Below the pieces are notes generated by a model. It was given only the letters and a program-made list of their open reading frames with translations, was not told where the DNA came from and ran no database searches. Below are positions 1 through 9,564 of a stretch of 64,000 nt of DNA, piece after piece. The position numbers and the translations under genes are program-made. Positions within the stretch are counted from its first letter, which is position 1. Each line of letters starts with the position of its first letter. Source of the stretch: Candidatus Latescibacterota bacterium (GTDB lineage: Bacteria > Latescibacterota > UBA2968 > GCA-2709665). The DNA is taken from the NCBI GenBank assembly GCA_965248435.1, contig OZ252100.1, positions 4,544,001-4,608,000 on the forward strand, given 5' to 3'.

Positions 1-90
1 TCAGTGTTGAGAGGTTTTTTTGTTGTCAAATCAAGAATCCGAATTCTGTTATTCGCGGTCTGGAGACCGCTCCTACCGGACGTATTGGGC

Positions 91-127
91 AAAAAGAAGC
101 GCCCCCGGAAATCCTGTTCCCGGGGGC
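91..127 (-). terminator. Intrinsic terminator after the bifunctional nuclease gene
   Basis: GCCCCCGG/CCGGGGGC stem (101-127) followed on the minus strand by GCTTCTTTTT, ~20 nt past the stop at 150. Confidence 0.75.
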
Positions 128-149
128 TGAAGGTCTCAGGCTCACCAGA

Positions 150-812
150 TCAGTCTGTTTTTCCTTTGATGCGATCGATCTCCTTCTTGATGCGGGCCGC
201 CTCCTCGTAACGCTCGAGTTTCGCCGCAATCTGCATCTCTCGACTCAAGTCTTCCAGTCTCCTTTTGCTCTCCCCTTTGCTCCCGTCTCTATTATCTGTC
301 CGGTGAGTTTCCTTCAGGAGGTGTTCAATCGCGTCCTTGAGATCATCCGACCCAACCTGCACAGGGTCGGAGTGGGGTGGCTTGGCTTCAAATTCGAATC
401 CCGCCTTTCCCTGCTTGACCATCAGTCCTGCCTTTGACAATACCTTTTCTGATATATATATGGGAGCACCACACCTGATGGCCAGGGCGATGCTATCGCT
501 GGGGCGGGCATCAATGCAGATGGATTCCTGGACTGAAGAGATCACGATCTGGGCGTAGAAGGTCACATCTTTAAGGTCGACGATCTGAACCTCCTGCACC
601 TTGGCACCGAGCTTTTCCATCAGGGCCACGAAGAAATCGTGAGTGGTGGGGCGGCCTGATCGATTTTTCGTCAGGGTGGCCAGGATCGATGCCGCTTCTG
701 TCTCCCCGATGATGATCGGAAGCATCGTATCATCCCGGACGCTCTTCAGCCACACGATTGTCTGCTTCCTCAGCGCGTCTGAGGTCAGCCCCTTGACCTG
801 CATTTCAATCAT
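150..812 (-). CDS. Bifunctional nuclease (DUF151/BFN) family protein with C-terminal UVR motif
   Basis: LPIIIGETEAASI, RPTTHD, FYAQI and IDARPSDSIALA motifs; C-terminal AAKLERYEEAARIKKEI UvrB/C-type motif. Confidence 0.9.
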   Translation of the reverse strand: MIEMQVKGLTSDALRKQTIVWLKSVRDDTMLPIIIGETEAASILATLTKNRSGRPTTHDFFVALMEKLGAKVQEVQIVDLKDVTFYAQIVISSVQESICIDARPSDSIALAIRCGAPIYISEKVLSKAGLMVKQGKAGFEFEAKPPHSDPVQVGSDDLKDAIEHLLKETHRTDNRDGSKGESKRRLEDLSREMQIAAKLERYEEAARIKKEIDRIKGKTD

Positions 813-878
813 TACGATCCCATCATCTCAGTGAAATCACAGTGCTACTAGGAGGGCACTCTTATGCTATTTAAACTC

Positions 879-895
879 TGCAATCGCTGTGCCAG
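879..895 (-). promoter_or_regulatory. Sigma54 (-24/-12) promoter for the BFN gene
   Basis: Minus strand reads CTGGCAC-AGCGA-TTGCA, an exact TGGCAC-N5-TTGCW match ~67 nt upstream of the start. Confidence 0.7.
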
Positions 896-1002
896 TTCCA
901 TCAGCCAACCAGGAATTGGCCTAATCTTCGCTAAATCAAACGGTTACTTATTCTGTTCTTTTTTGTAGAGGTTTCAGGGTGGGAAAGGACCGGCGCTAAG
1001 TG

Positions 1003-1240
1003 TGGCGGAAGTGCCTCAACGGCGGGCTGGCACGTGAAGCAATCCGCCGATCTCCGAGTCCTGGACTACAACGGGCACAATGTCTTTCACAGTTTCTCGT
1101 TTTCGGACCTGGGGGAACCGGTCTTCTACGAAGGCGAATCGTTTGACCCGTTTGTGCCTGAAGAGGTGGCGAAGGTTGAGAGAAGAACCGGGTCTCTTTG
1201 GGGCAGCAGGCACTTTCACGTGAACAACACGCTGTATTGA
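1003..1240 (+). pseudogene. Possible frameshifted remnant of a conserved hypothetical protein
   Basis: WRKCLNGGLAR (1003-1035) appears to continue after a frame change into KQSADLRVLDYNGHNVFHSFSFSDLGEP; no credible start or RBS; family unverified. Confidence 0.3.
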
Positions 1241-1505
1241 ACATTTTCAAGGTGCATAAACTCCGCAGGGACAACCAACCTGACCACAGAACAGATGTTT
1301 CGACCGACGGCGTTTAGATAACAATTTATTTTTAAAACAGTTAGTCGCAAATCGCCTTTCGCTTGACATTCCCAATCTTTAAGGCCATGTTTGATATTAA
1401 GTGGGTCAGTTCTTGGGGTCCGATGAGGGGTTCCTCCGCCATTTCTGGTATTCTGCGAACTGTTGTTCGTTCCGGGCGTCATGGGTGGAGAGGGGGGATT
1501 GGAAG

Positions 1506-1687
1506 ATGCCGATCTATGACTACCACTGACTGAGTGCGATCATGCCTTTTCCGTAACAGAAAGGATCAGCGAGCATGCTTCGAAGAAGGTGAAGTGTAAG
1601 GCTTGTTGGAAGCACCGTTGTCGAGCGGGTTTTTGCTTCCTCCTTGCCAAAGCTTCAAAGAAGAGCATACGGAGCACCTATGTATAG
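1506..1687 (+). pseudogene. FmdB-family zinc-ribbon protein, frameshifted
   Basis: ATG with purine-rich RBS; MPIYDYH then a 1-nt loss creates TGA; repairing three 1-nt indels gives MPIYDYHCTECDHAF...VKCKACGSTVVERVFAS..AKASKKS. Confidence 0.8.
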
Positions 1688-1753
1688 ATGACGCGTCCAT
1701 TCAAGCGGGAAAGTGAAGGACATTGTATGAAACTCCGAACAAGGAGGAGAGAC

Positions 1754-2098
1754 ATGGCCGAAGCGACTGAGAAACTTCAAGAGGTCGAAGAAGTAAGCTT
1801 GCTGGACCAGACGCGGAAGAGAATGAGGACAGGAGAGGTCGGGGATACGGAACGTCTGATCTCGACCGTGACGGGCGGGACGATCCTGCTGTTCGGCCTG
1901 GGGCTGATCCGACGGTTTTTGGGCGGAGCAGGGCTTGCGGCGGCTGGAGGTTATCTTCTCTACCGAGGGATGACGGGCAAATGCCCCGCGTCGAAGGTCG
2001 TGGAGGACCGGTTCACCGCACTGGAACAGGCCATACAGAAGGAGAAGGATCAGGCAAAATCGAACGGCAAAGGGGAAGTCGAGACTTCTGAAGCTTAA
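1754..2098 (+). CDS. DUF2892 (YgaP-like) membrane protein
   Basis: AGGAGG RBS before ATG 1754; ER..S...GG...LLFGL...GGYLLYRGMTGKCP signature. Confidence 0.8.
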   Translation: MAEATEKLQEVEEVSLLDQTRKRMRTGEVGDTERLISTVTGGTILLFGLGLIRRFLGGAGLAAAGGYLLYRGMTGKCPASKVVEDRFTALEQAIQKEKDQAKSNGKGEVETSEA

Positions 2099-2117
2099 GG
2101 GTTCGACAAATATAGAC

Positions 2118-2147
2118 AAAGGGGGACCTCAGGTGGTCCCCCTTCTT
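2118..2147. terminator. Probable bidirectional terminator between convergent genes
   Basis: AAA-GGGGGACC-tcaggt-GGTCCCCC-TTCTT. Confidence 0.75.
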
Positions 2148-2182
2148 GCAGGTGGCCAAGAATGATCAGGCGGACGATCAGG

Positions 2183-3049
2183 TTACATCAAATCTTTGAA
2201 CGCGCCTGGTAGCCCGGACATTCGGCGTTCGAAATAGTCTTGCATCTGGCCCATGGCGTGGTTCCTGATCTGTCGCACCCGCTCCCGTGTAATTCCCAGC
2301 TCTTGGCCGATATTGTCTAGTGTGCGTGGGCGCTGCTCATCCAGGCCGAAATACTCACCTACAACATGCTTTTCCCTGTCAGTGAGGGAGGCCATAGACT
2401 TCTGGATGAACTCTCTTTGGTCCCTCTGAAGCACGACACTGTCGACCTCCTCTGCTTCTGCTTTGATCACGTCCAGAAGCGTTCGATCTCCCCGGTCCGG
2501 TTTTTCGTAGAGCGGTGTGTCCAGTGAAAGGATGGGTTTTACACTCTTCAACGCGCGCTCGGCCCTTTCACGGCTGATCTTGACGTCATTCGAAACCTCC
2601 TCGAGCGTTGGCGTCCGACCGAGTTCTTGAGTCATTCGGTTCTGGTGACGGAGGATTCGCCCCATGTCTTCCTGCCTATTTGCGGGCACGGAGACGATCG
2701 AGTTCTGCTTGAGGGCCTTTTGAATCGATTGATGGATCCACCAGACCGCATAGCTGATGAATTTGTTTCCGAGGGTTTCGTCGAACCGTTTCAAGGCCTG
2801 TATCAGCCCGAGGTTCCCGTTCGCGATGAGTTCTGAGAGGGGCAGACCCCGCCCTCTATAGTGCATTGCGACGCTGACCACAAACCTGAGGTTTGAGGTG
2901 ATCAGATGTTCAACGGCCTTCTGATCTCCTTTTCGGATCCGTAGCACGGTCTTTTCTTCTTCCTCCCGACTCATAGGAGGATATTTTCGAAGCTCTGCCA
3001 TGTAGCTCTGGACGGTACGCGTATCAGGTTCTTGGTGCAAAAATTTCAT
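2183..3049 (-). CDS. RNA polymerase sigma-70 factor, RpoD/SigA-like alternative sigma lacking region 1.1
   Basis: Region 1.2 (SYMAELRKYP), region 2 (SNLRFVVSVA...GNLGLIQALKRFD...KFISYAVWWI), region 4 (TLDNIGQELGITRERVRQI). Confidence 0.92.
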   Translation of the reverse strand: MKFLHQEPDTRTVQSYMAELRKYPPMSREEEEKTVLRIRKGDQKAVEHLITSNLRFVVSVAMHYRGRGLPLSELIANGNLGLIQALKRFDETLGNKFISYAVWWIHQSIQKALKQNSIVSVPANRQEDMGRILRHQNRMTQELGRTPTLEEVSNDVKISRERAERALKSVKPILSLDTPLYEKPDRGDRTLLDVIKAEAEEVDSVVLQRDQREFIQKSMASLTDREKHVVGEYFGLDEQRPRTLDNIGQELGITRERVRQIRNHAMGQMQDYFERRMSGLPGAFKDLM

Positions 3050-3445
3050 CTCGGGGCCTCTTTAGAGAACTTTAGACCCTCCCCTTCACTAAGACGATTC
3101 CTGTCCATAACTTATTGAAAATATACCAGTTTTTTAAGTGTTGGGAAGGGGTAGATAGCGCGGTACGTCGGTCATACGACAGCTTGGAGGGAACAACCGT
3201 TAGCTACTCTTACTTTTTTGTATAGGCTAAATAAACAATATCTTATCTCTGGTTCTGGTTGCCTGGTCATTATCCTACAGTTCCTGGCAACAGCAAAAAT
3301 TTCAATGCTTGAATTCAAAGCCCCCTGAACATTATATTTGTAGTATACCGGCCTTGCCACACATCGAAGGACCTCCAAACGCATCGGGTGACCGGGCGGT
3401 TATTCGGGGATTCGGACGATCCTTATTTCTTCAAGGGGAAAGAGC

Positions 3446-4120
3446 ATGGCGATCATAACCCTTTCCAGGGAGTACGGTAGCGGCGGCCGTAAAGTGGGTG
3501 CCAAGGCCGCTGAGGCCCTTGGGTACTTCCTGTTGGACAAAGACCTGATCCGGGGGGTTGCACTGGAGGCAAACGTACCGGTCTCGGAGGTTGAAAGCTT
3601 CGACGAACAACCCGAGCATCCCATAGCCCGGGCCGTCCGAAAATTACTGACCCCGACCCACCCAGGAGTCGTAACCGGTTTCGAGGGAGATTTGTGGGGG
3701 ACGATGGTGGGTGTTCCGGGCTTGGGCGATGAGGGCGAACTGCAGGAGAACCTGGATGAGGATGCTTATGTAAGCATGACGCAAAAGGTGATGCTTCACA
3801 TTGCGAATAAGGGAAATGTAGTCATAACCGGACGAGGCAGCCAGGCGCTGTTTTCCGACCGAGCAGATGTCCTTCACGTTCGGATTGTGGCGAATGAGGC
3901 GTTCAAGATCCAATACCTCATGGAGGAAGATGGTCTCCTCCGGGACGACGCGATTAAGCGTATCCGAAAAGTGGACGACCAGCGTCGTCGCTACATCAAG
4001 CGACACTTCGGTATTGTGTGGGATAGGCCAGAATATTATCACATGATCATTAACACCGAAAAGACAGCGGTAGACGGGGCATCTCACCTAATCGTGCAGG
4101 CCGTACGTAACCTTCAGTGA
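3446..4120 (+). CDS. Cytidylate kinase-like family protein (Cytidylate_kin2)
   Basis: IITLSREYGSGG, VVITGRGSQ, D..RRRYIK and YHMIINT motifs. Confidence 0.85.
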   Translation: MAIITLSREYGSGGRKVGAKAAEALGYFLLDKDLIRGVALEANVPVSEVESFDEQPEHPIARAVRKLLTPTHPGVVTGFEGDLWGTMVGVPGLGDEGELQENLDEDAYVSMTQKVMLHIANKGNVVITGRGSQALFSDRADVLHVRIVANEAFKIQYLMEEDGLLRDDAIKRIRKVDDQRRRYIKRHFGIVWDRPEYYHMIINTEKTAVDGASHLIVQAVRNLQ

Positions 4121-4279
4121 GGCAAAGACAGTCTCTCGAGGGAACAATAGCAGTATCGGTGTTCATTTTCGAATAACACGAGCTTTAATTCAGTAGGCGA
4201 CCAGTCGATCTTTTGATGCGCAATTGCATCAATCTAATCGTCTCCTCTGGAGCTGCTGCTGAGTGAAGCCTTTGAAACC

Positions 4280-4330
4280 GTCGTCAATGTCTGCTGCAGA
4301 GTGGCCGCATTGACGATTTTCTTTTTTCTT
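4280..4330 (+). terminator. Intrinsic terminator in the leader of the catabolic cluster
   Basis: GTCGTCAATG(T-CTGCT gcag AGTGG-cc-G)CATTGACGAT followed by TTTCTTTTTTCTT, ending ~20 nt before ATG 4350. Confidence 0.7.
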
Positions 4331-4349
4331 CAACCCTGCGAATCTCCTC

Positions 4350-5057
4350 ATGAGAAATGCACCTCTCATAGGTATGACGACTCATCACCGTGATGATCAA
4401 CACGGCTTTACCCTACCCGACAAGTACGTCGATGCGCTGCGCCGAGCAGGAGGCATCCCCTTCTTGATTCCGCCGGGTGAAAGACGCCTGGACCAGTTGC
4501 TGGTCCTTTTGGACGGGATGGTTCTGTCCGGCGGCGGCGACATCGATCCCGCTTCGTACGGAGGCCAGGATCACGAAGCCCTATACAACGTCAGCCCGGA
4601 AAGGGATGAGACCGAACTCGCTATCATCTCAAAAATTGTTAGCACGCGAATGCCGCTGATGTTCATTTGTCGTGGGATGCAAATGCTCAATGTGGCACTT
4701 GGCGGCACGATCATCCCACATTTGCCGGATGTCGTAGGAGAAAAGGTTAGCCACCGTGCTCCTCCCCGTAGCCCGATTCCTCATTCCGTTCAAATTCATT
4801 CGGATTCTCGGTTGGCTGAAATTATGCAAGCCGACTCTGTAGAAACGGCATCGTGGCACCACCAGGCGATCGAAAAACTTGCACAGCCGTTAAGAGTCGT
4901 CGCCCACGCACCTGATGGAACGATCGAGGCGGTAGAGTTACCTGACCATCCGTGGCTAGTGGCTGTTCAGTGGCATCCGGAAGTCACAGCAGCCGATGAC
5001 CCGACTCAACAGCGACTCTTCGACAGCCTGGTAGAATTTGCTACGAACGAGAAATGA
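4350..5057 (+). CDS. Gamma-glutamyl-amide hydrolase, peptidase C26 (PuuD-like)
   Basis: LDGMVLSGGGDIDPASYG, ICRGMQMLNVALGG (catalytic Cys), HHQAI, VQWHPE. Confidence 0.92.
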   Translation: MRNAPLIGMTTHHRDDQHGFTLPDKYVDALRRAGGIPFLIPPGERRLDQLLVLLDGMVLSGGGDIDPASYGGQDHEALYNVSPERDETELAIISKIVSTRMPLMFICRGMQMLNVALGGTIIPHLPDVVGEKVSHRAPPRSPIPHSVQIHSDSRLAEIMQADSVETASWHHQAIEKLAQPLRVVAHAPDGTIEAVELPDHPWLVAVQWHPEVTAADDPTQQRLFDSLVEFATNEK

Positions 5058-5198
5058 TTCCAAGATTGAAGGAAGTGGGCAAGGGCGTTGTATTGCCCAA
5101 ACGACCAGAATCAGCTAGATTGATTGTAGTAACCATTTGATTTCAATCGTACTTGGGGAATCACAACTCAACTGATATCCCAAGGCGAAGGGTGAGCC

Positions 5199-6485
5199 AT
5201 GAAAGGATCTTACAGACGGATTCGCGCCCTCTTCCCGGATCAACTGGGTCTGGCACGAGGAAAGTACGTTCCCGCAGCCCTCGCCAAACAGGGGGTGCGG
5301 CAATGCATCACGCTGTTTGCCACGGCGCTGGACAGGACGTTGACACCTGCCCCAGGAGCCGGAATGTTGGAAGGTCTGCCGGATTGCGAGCTTACCTTTT
5401 CGGCGGAGGATGTCAAACCATCCTGGGAACAAGACACTGGCGTTGTGGTGGGCGATTTGCAATTCCAGGGTAAGCCGCTGGCCATCTCCTCGCGACTGGC
5501 GTTACGGAGAGCGGTCGACGATTGGCAGGCACTGGGTTACAAAGTGAAGATCGGCATTGAATTCGAAGCTTTCGTGCTTCAGCGTGATGGCAGCGGAGAG
5601 TGGACCGAATGGGACACACCCGGGGCTTACGTTTACGGCACGGGAACAGCCGTCGATCCGATCGGTCTGATGGACGAAATTATGCAAACTGCCGAGGCGT
5701 GCGAACTTCCCGTCGAGTCGGTAAATTCGGAGTACGAGACGCCCCAGTTCGAACTGACTTTGCGCTACGGTGATGCACTCGAAGCGGTTGACAATGCCTT
5801 TTTGTTCAAGTTGATGGCGAGAGAATTGGCGGCAAAGCACGGCCTGTTGCTCACGACCCTTGGCAAGCCCTTGGGAGATCGGGGCGGCAGCGGTCTTCAC
5901 ATCAATTTTTCGCTCGAGGACGGTAAGGGAAACAACCCGCTCTCTGATCCAAAATCTGCGGATGGTCTATCACAAATTGCTCACTACTGTATCGGTGGTC
6001 TTGTGGAGCATCACGAAGGCATGACGGCCTTGCTTGCGCCAACGGTCAACGCATACAAACGACTGTGTCCGGGACAGCTCGTTGGCTACTGGGCAAACTG
6101 GGGGTATGACCACCGCGTTGTGACAATCCGAGTGCCGGAAGAACGCGGTACTGCGACAAGACTTGAACATCGGATGGGTGACGGAGCTGCGAATCCGTAT
6201 CTCGCCACTGCCGCGGTGCTGCAGGCAGCGCGGTTGGGTGTGGCTAACGAGCTCCAGCCGTCGGCCGCCGAAGAACAGGACGGCCTTGAGAACGTGAGCA
6301 CAGATCGTCACGTTCCTGACGATCTTAACCTGGCGCTGGACGCACTCGAAAGAGACCGTGAATTGGTGGAGGCAATCGGTCAGGAGCTGGTCGATAACTT
6401 CGTCGCCAACAAGAGATTCGAGTGGGAAAAGTTCGCGGCCGCCGTAACGGATTGGGAACTGCGCTACTATCTGCCTTTCTATTAG
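5199..6485 (+). CDS. Glutamine synthetase-like gamma-glutamylamide ligase
   Basis: D..GLARGK, GIEFE, EYETPQFE, GSGLHINFS, NAYKRL, RLEHR..DGAANPYL; short N-terminus and adjacency to a C26 hydrolase favour a PuuA/IpuC/AtdA1-type ligase. Confidence 0.88.
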   Translation: MKGSYRRIRALFPDQLGLARGKYVPAALAKQGVRQCITLFATALDRTLTPAPGAGMLEGLPDCELTFSAEDVKPSWEQDTGVVVGDLQFQGKPLAISSRLALRRAVDDWQALGYKVKIGIEFEAFVLQRDGSGEWTEWDTPGAYVYGTGTAVDPIGLMDEIMQTAEACELPVESVNSEYETPQFELTLRYGDALEAVDNAFLFKLMARELAAKHGLLLTTLGKPLGDRGGSGLHINFSLEDGKGNNPLSDPKSADGLSQIAHYCIGGLVEHHEGMTALLAPTVNAYKRLCPGQLVGYWANWGYDHRVVTIRVPEERGTATRLEHRMGDGAANPYLATAAVLQAARLGVANELQPSAAEEQDGLENVSTDRHVPDDLNLALDALERDRELVEAIGQELVDNFVANKRFEWEKFAAAVTDWELRYYLPFY

Positions 6486-6493
6486 AAAGTGAT

Positions 6494-6559
6494 CCACGAC
6501 CGCAGACGGCGACATGAATGGCGTGATCATAGGGGTTAGCTGTCCGCGGTCTGTGGTCA
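6494..6559. repeat. Degenerate heptamer repeats in inverted arrangement
   Basis: CACGACCGCAGACGGCGAC ... TGTCCGCGGTCTGTGGTC; the same unit recurs at 61359-61390. Confidence 0.5.
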
Positions 6560-6587
6560 TGTATGCTGGTTTTGCACGACACAAGAG

Positions 6588-7865
6588 ATGCCTGCAGTGA
6601 AAACAACCCCTCCCAAATCCGACCTCGGCGATGCCTTCGCCGACATAACCGACCCTGACATCTACGTGCAGGGCGTTCCGCACGCCACATTCAAACGGTT
6701 GCGCCACGAAGACCCGGTAAGTTGGTGGGAGGAGAAAGAGGGTTCTGGATTCTGGGCCGTGACCCGCTATGAGGACATCATCACAGTGAGCCACGACCCG
6801 GGCCTGTTCTCTAGCGCCTCTGGCATTCGCCTAGAGGAAATGGATGAGGAAGAGCTGGAGGCGCGTTGTACGCTCATGGAGGTAGACCCACCCGAGCACT
6901 CGAGGTACCGGCGTCTGGTGCAGCCACAGTTCCTGCCCGATTCAGTAAATGCATATGAGGCTGCCATCCGTCTGCAGGCACGGGCGGTGATCGATGATGT
7001 GAAGGGAGAAAGTGAGTTCGACTTCGTGGAACGCGTTGCGACGCAACTCCCTATGCGGATGTTGGGGAAACTGTTAGGGGTCTCCGACAGCGACGGGGAT
7101 TGGCTCGTTAAAATGGGTGATGCGCTGATCGGCAACATGGATCCGGAGTTTACGACTCACCCTGTCGATCTGGTGGACACGGATGAATATCGACTGATGC
7201 CATTCCGAAGTCCCGTGAGCTACGAACTGTTCGAATACGCCGAGAACCAGGCCAGAGAACGCATGGCGAATCCTGCCGAAGATTTGATTACCCGCCTGCT
7301 CCAGCCGATGCGGGATGGGAATCGGCTTTCCGAAGAGGAGTTCAAAAACTTTTTCACCTTACTCGTCGCTGCAGGAAATGACACGACGCGCTACACAATG
7401 GCCGCGGGAATGCTGGCCCTGATCAACCACTCGGAACAGATGGCTGAGTTGAGGGACAACTTGACCTTGATGTCGTCCGCGACCGAAGAAATTCTACGCT
7501 GGGGCTCGGTGACGATGCATTTTCGTCGCACGGCGACACAGGACGCTGAACTGGGTCGCAGGCACATCAAGGCGGATGACAAGGTGGTAATCTGGTTCAT
7601 CTCCGGTGACTACGACGAGCAGCAGTTTCCCGATCCTTACCGGTTCGACATCAAGCGTTCGCCGAATAACCACGTCGCGTTCGGTCTGAGAGGTCCCCAC
7701 AAGTGTCTGGGTGAGCATCTGGCTCGCCTCGAAATTAAGGTGCTCTTCGAAGAGTTGCTACCTCTTCTGGCAGACATAAGACTGGGCGGCCCCATAGAGA
7801 GGCTGCGTTCAAATTTCATTTCGGGAATCAAGCACCTTCCCGTCAAAGCGACCTGGGTTCGATAA
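6588..7865 (+). CDS. Cytochrome P450
   Basis: I-helix AAGNDTT, K-helix EEILR, heme motif FGLRGPHKCLG. Confidence 0.96.
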   Translation: MPAVKTTPPKSDLGDAFADITDPDIYVQGVPHATFKRLRHEDPVSWWEEKEGSGFWAVTRYEDIITVSHDPGLFSSASGIRLEEMDEEELEARCTLMEVDPPEHSRYRRLVQPQFLPDSVNAYEAAIRLQARAVIDDVKGESEFDFVERVATQLPMRMLGKLLGVSDSDGDWLVKMGDALIGNMDPEFTTHPVDLVDTDEYRLMPFRSPVSYELFEYAENQARERMANPAEDLITRLLQPMRDGNRLSEEEFKNFFTLLVAAGNDTTRYTMAAGMLALINHSEQMAELRDNLTLMSSATEEILRWGSVTMHFRRTATQDAELGRRHIKADDKVVIWFISGDYDEQQFPDPYRFDIKRSPNNHVAFGLRGPHKCLGEHLARLEIKVLFEELLPLLADIRLGGPIERLRSNFISGIKHLPVKATWVR

Positions 7866-7884
7866 CCCAAGCGAGGGTGTGGAT

Positions 7885-8688
7885 ATGCCCATCAGTGGAT
7901 ACACGGCCCCCCTTTCGCCCGATGGAAGGGCCGGTATCGTGCCGCCTCCGCCGTGGCACTACTCGGGTGACTTCTTGATTGTCGAATACCGAACCGATCC
8001 GGAAGCCGTCACCGCCCTGTTGCCTCCGGAACTCCAACCGGCAGACGACCCGGGTGCGGTTGCCGCCATCTTCGCGGACTGGCAATCCTGCTCGGACGAT
8101 TTTCACGAACTGGTCGACCCGATTCAGTCTCAATACAAGGAGTTTTTCATCGTGGTGGGCTGTAAATACGACGGAAAACCGGCCAGCCGCTGTGTCTATA
8201 TCTGGGTCGATAAGGACTTCGCGATGTATCGGGGCTGGATTCAGGGTTTTCCGAAGAAACTGGGCTCCATCCACATGACACGCGTGTATCCAGTGGGGAA
8301 GGCCTTCCCGGCCATCGAGGCGGGTGCCCGTTTCGGTGCAACGTGCTGCGCGAACGACCGACAGATTGCACGCGCTGTGGTTACCCTTCAACGAATTTCT
8401 GAGACAGGCCCGACGGTCAATGATCCTCCGATGCACAATACCCGTCACTTCCCGGCCTACGACGGCCTGGTCCCCGACGTTTTCGAAATGGTCAAGGCCG
8501 GCGGGTTCGACCGCGAGGTCACGGAAATTTGGGAGGGGGATGCCGAGCTGACTTTTTACCCGGATACGATAGAGGACCTGAAGGCTATTGCTCCCGAAGA
8601 GATTATCATGGGCTATCGTTTTTCCTTTGCCTACACGGTGGAGGGTGGCGAGGTCCTTGCTCAACACGACAGGGTGGTGCATCAGTGA
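7885..8688 (+). CDS. Acetoacetate decarboxylase-like superfamily protein (MppR/Sbi00515-type)
   Basis: PPPPWHYSG, QYKEF, and RGWIQGFPKKLG with the Schiff-base Lys; ATG 7885 preferred over GTG 7879 by RBS spacing. Confidence 0.88.
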   Translation: MPISGYTAPLSPDGRAGIVPPPPWHYSGDFLIVEYRTDPEAVTALLPPELQPADDPGAVAAIFADWQSCSDDFHELVDPIQSQYKEFFIVVGCKYDGKPASRCVYIWVDKDFAMYRGWIQGFPKKLGSIHMTRVYPVGKAFPAIEAGARFGATCCANDRQIARAVVTLQRISETGPTVNDPPMHNTRHFPAYDGLVPDVFEMVKAGGFDREVTEIWEGDAELTFYPDTIEDLKAIAPEEIIMGYRFSFAYTVEGGEVLAQHDRVVHQ

Positions 8689-9548
8689 AACGTGCCCGGA
8701 TTCTCCATGGCGGGAAGCCAGTATGGGGCGTGGTCGAGGGCGGCGTGATCAAACTCGAGACCGGGGAGTCGGTTGACGAGGATAAGGCCAAGTATCGGCC
8801 GCCTGTGGCACCCTCGAAAATAATGGCCACTCACCTCTCTTACCGCAGCCGCTGTGTCGAATACAAGATGAAAAGCATTCCCCAGTACCCTTCTTACTTT
8901 ATGGTGCCGCCGACGGCCCTTTCTTACCATACCGCTCCGATCGCCCGACCTCGCGGATGCCACTTTCTGAATTACGAAGGGGAGGTCGCCGTCGTGATCG
9001 GAAAGCAATGCGTCAACGTGCCTGTCGAGGAGGCGCTGAGCTATGTAGCCGGGTACACGATCGCCAATGATTGGGGCGTTCACGACTTCCGGCACGCCGA
9101 CCGCGGTTCGATGTTTCGGGTGAAAGGCCAGGATGGGTTTTGCCCGGTCGGTCCGGTATTGGTGGACGCGGAAGATGTCGACCCCGATGACCTGACCCTG
9201 CGCACCACGGTAAACGGCGAGGTGGTCCAGGAGGGTCATACCGGCAGCGATCTCATCTTCTCTTTCGCTTACCAGATCGCGGACATCGCCCGACTGATCA
9301 CCCTGGAACCGGGTGACCTCTTGCTCACGGGCACTCCGGCCAACTCGAGGCCAGTAGAGATCGGGGATGTAGTTGCGGTGGAAGTCAGTGGAATCGGCCG
9401 CCTGGAGAATACGGTGGTCGAGCTGGACAGGGACCTGGTGCCGATTGGCGAGCAGCCTGCCGTTACCGGGGCCACACTTCACGTCGCACTGACCATACCT
9501 GAAGACGAAGCGGAACGACGTGCCTCTGAGTTTGGCGCGGATAACTAA
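8685..9548 (+). CDS. Fumarylacetoacetate hydrolase family protein (HpaG/HpcE-like)
   Basis: NYEGEVAVVIG, GYTIAND, VKGQDGFCPVGP, PGDLLLTGTP; GTG overlaps the upstream TGA (GTGA coupling). Confidence 0.9.
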   Translation: MKRARILHGGKPVWGVVEGGVIKLETGESVDEDKAKYRPPVAPSKIMATHLSYRSRCVEYKMKSIPQYPSYFMVPPTALSYHTAPIARPRGCHFLNYEGEVAVVIGKQCVNVPVEEALSYVAGYTIANDWGVHDFRHADRGSMFRVKGQDGFCPVGPVLVDAEDVDPDDLTLRTTVNGEVVQEGHTGSDLIFSFAYQIADIARLITLEPGDLLLTGTPANSRPVEIGDVVAVEVSGIGRLENTVVELDRDLVPIGEQPAVTGATLHVALTIPEDEAERRASEFGADN

Positions 9549-9564
9549 GAAGGAAGAACAGACG

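Noticed and set aside
1527-1529. In-frame TGA at the first Cys position of the FmdB zinc ribbon, as possible selenocysteine
   Set aside because: Read-through gives LSAIMPFP-stop. The motif continues only after a frame change, so this is a 1-nt deletion.
4245-4280. Glycine riboswitch (CTCTGGAG start)
   Set aside because: Lacks the downstream CCGAAG and CTCTCAGG core elements.
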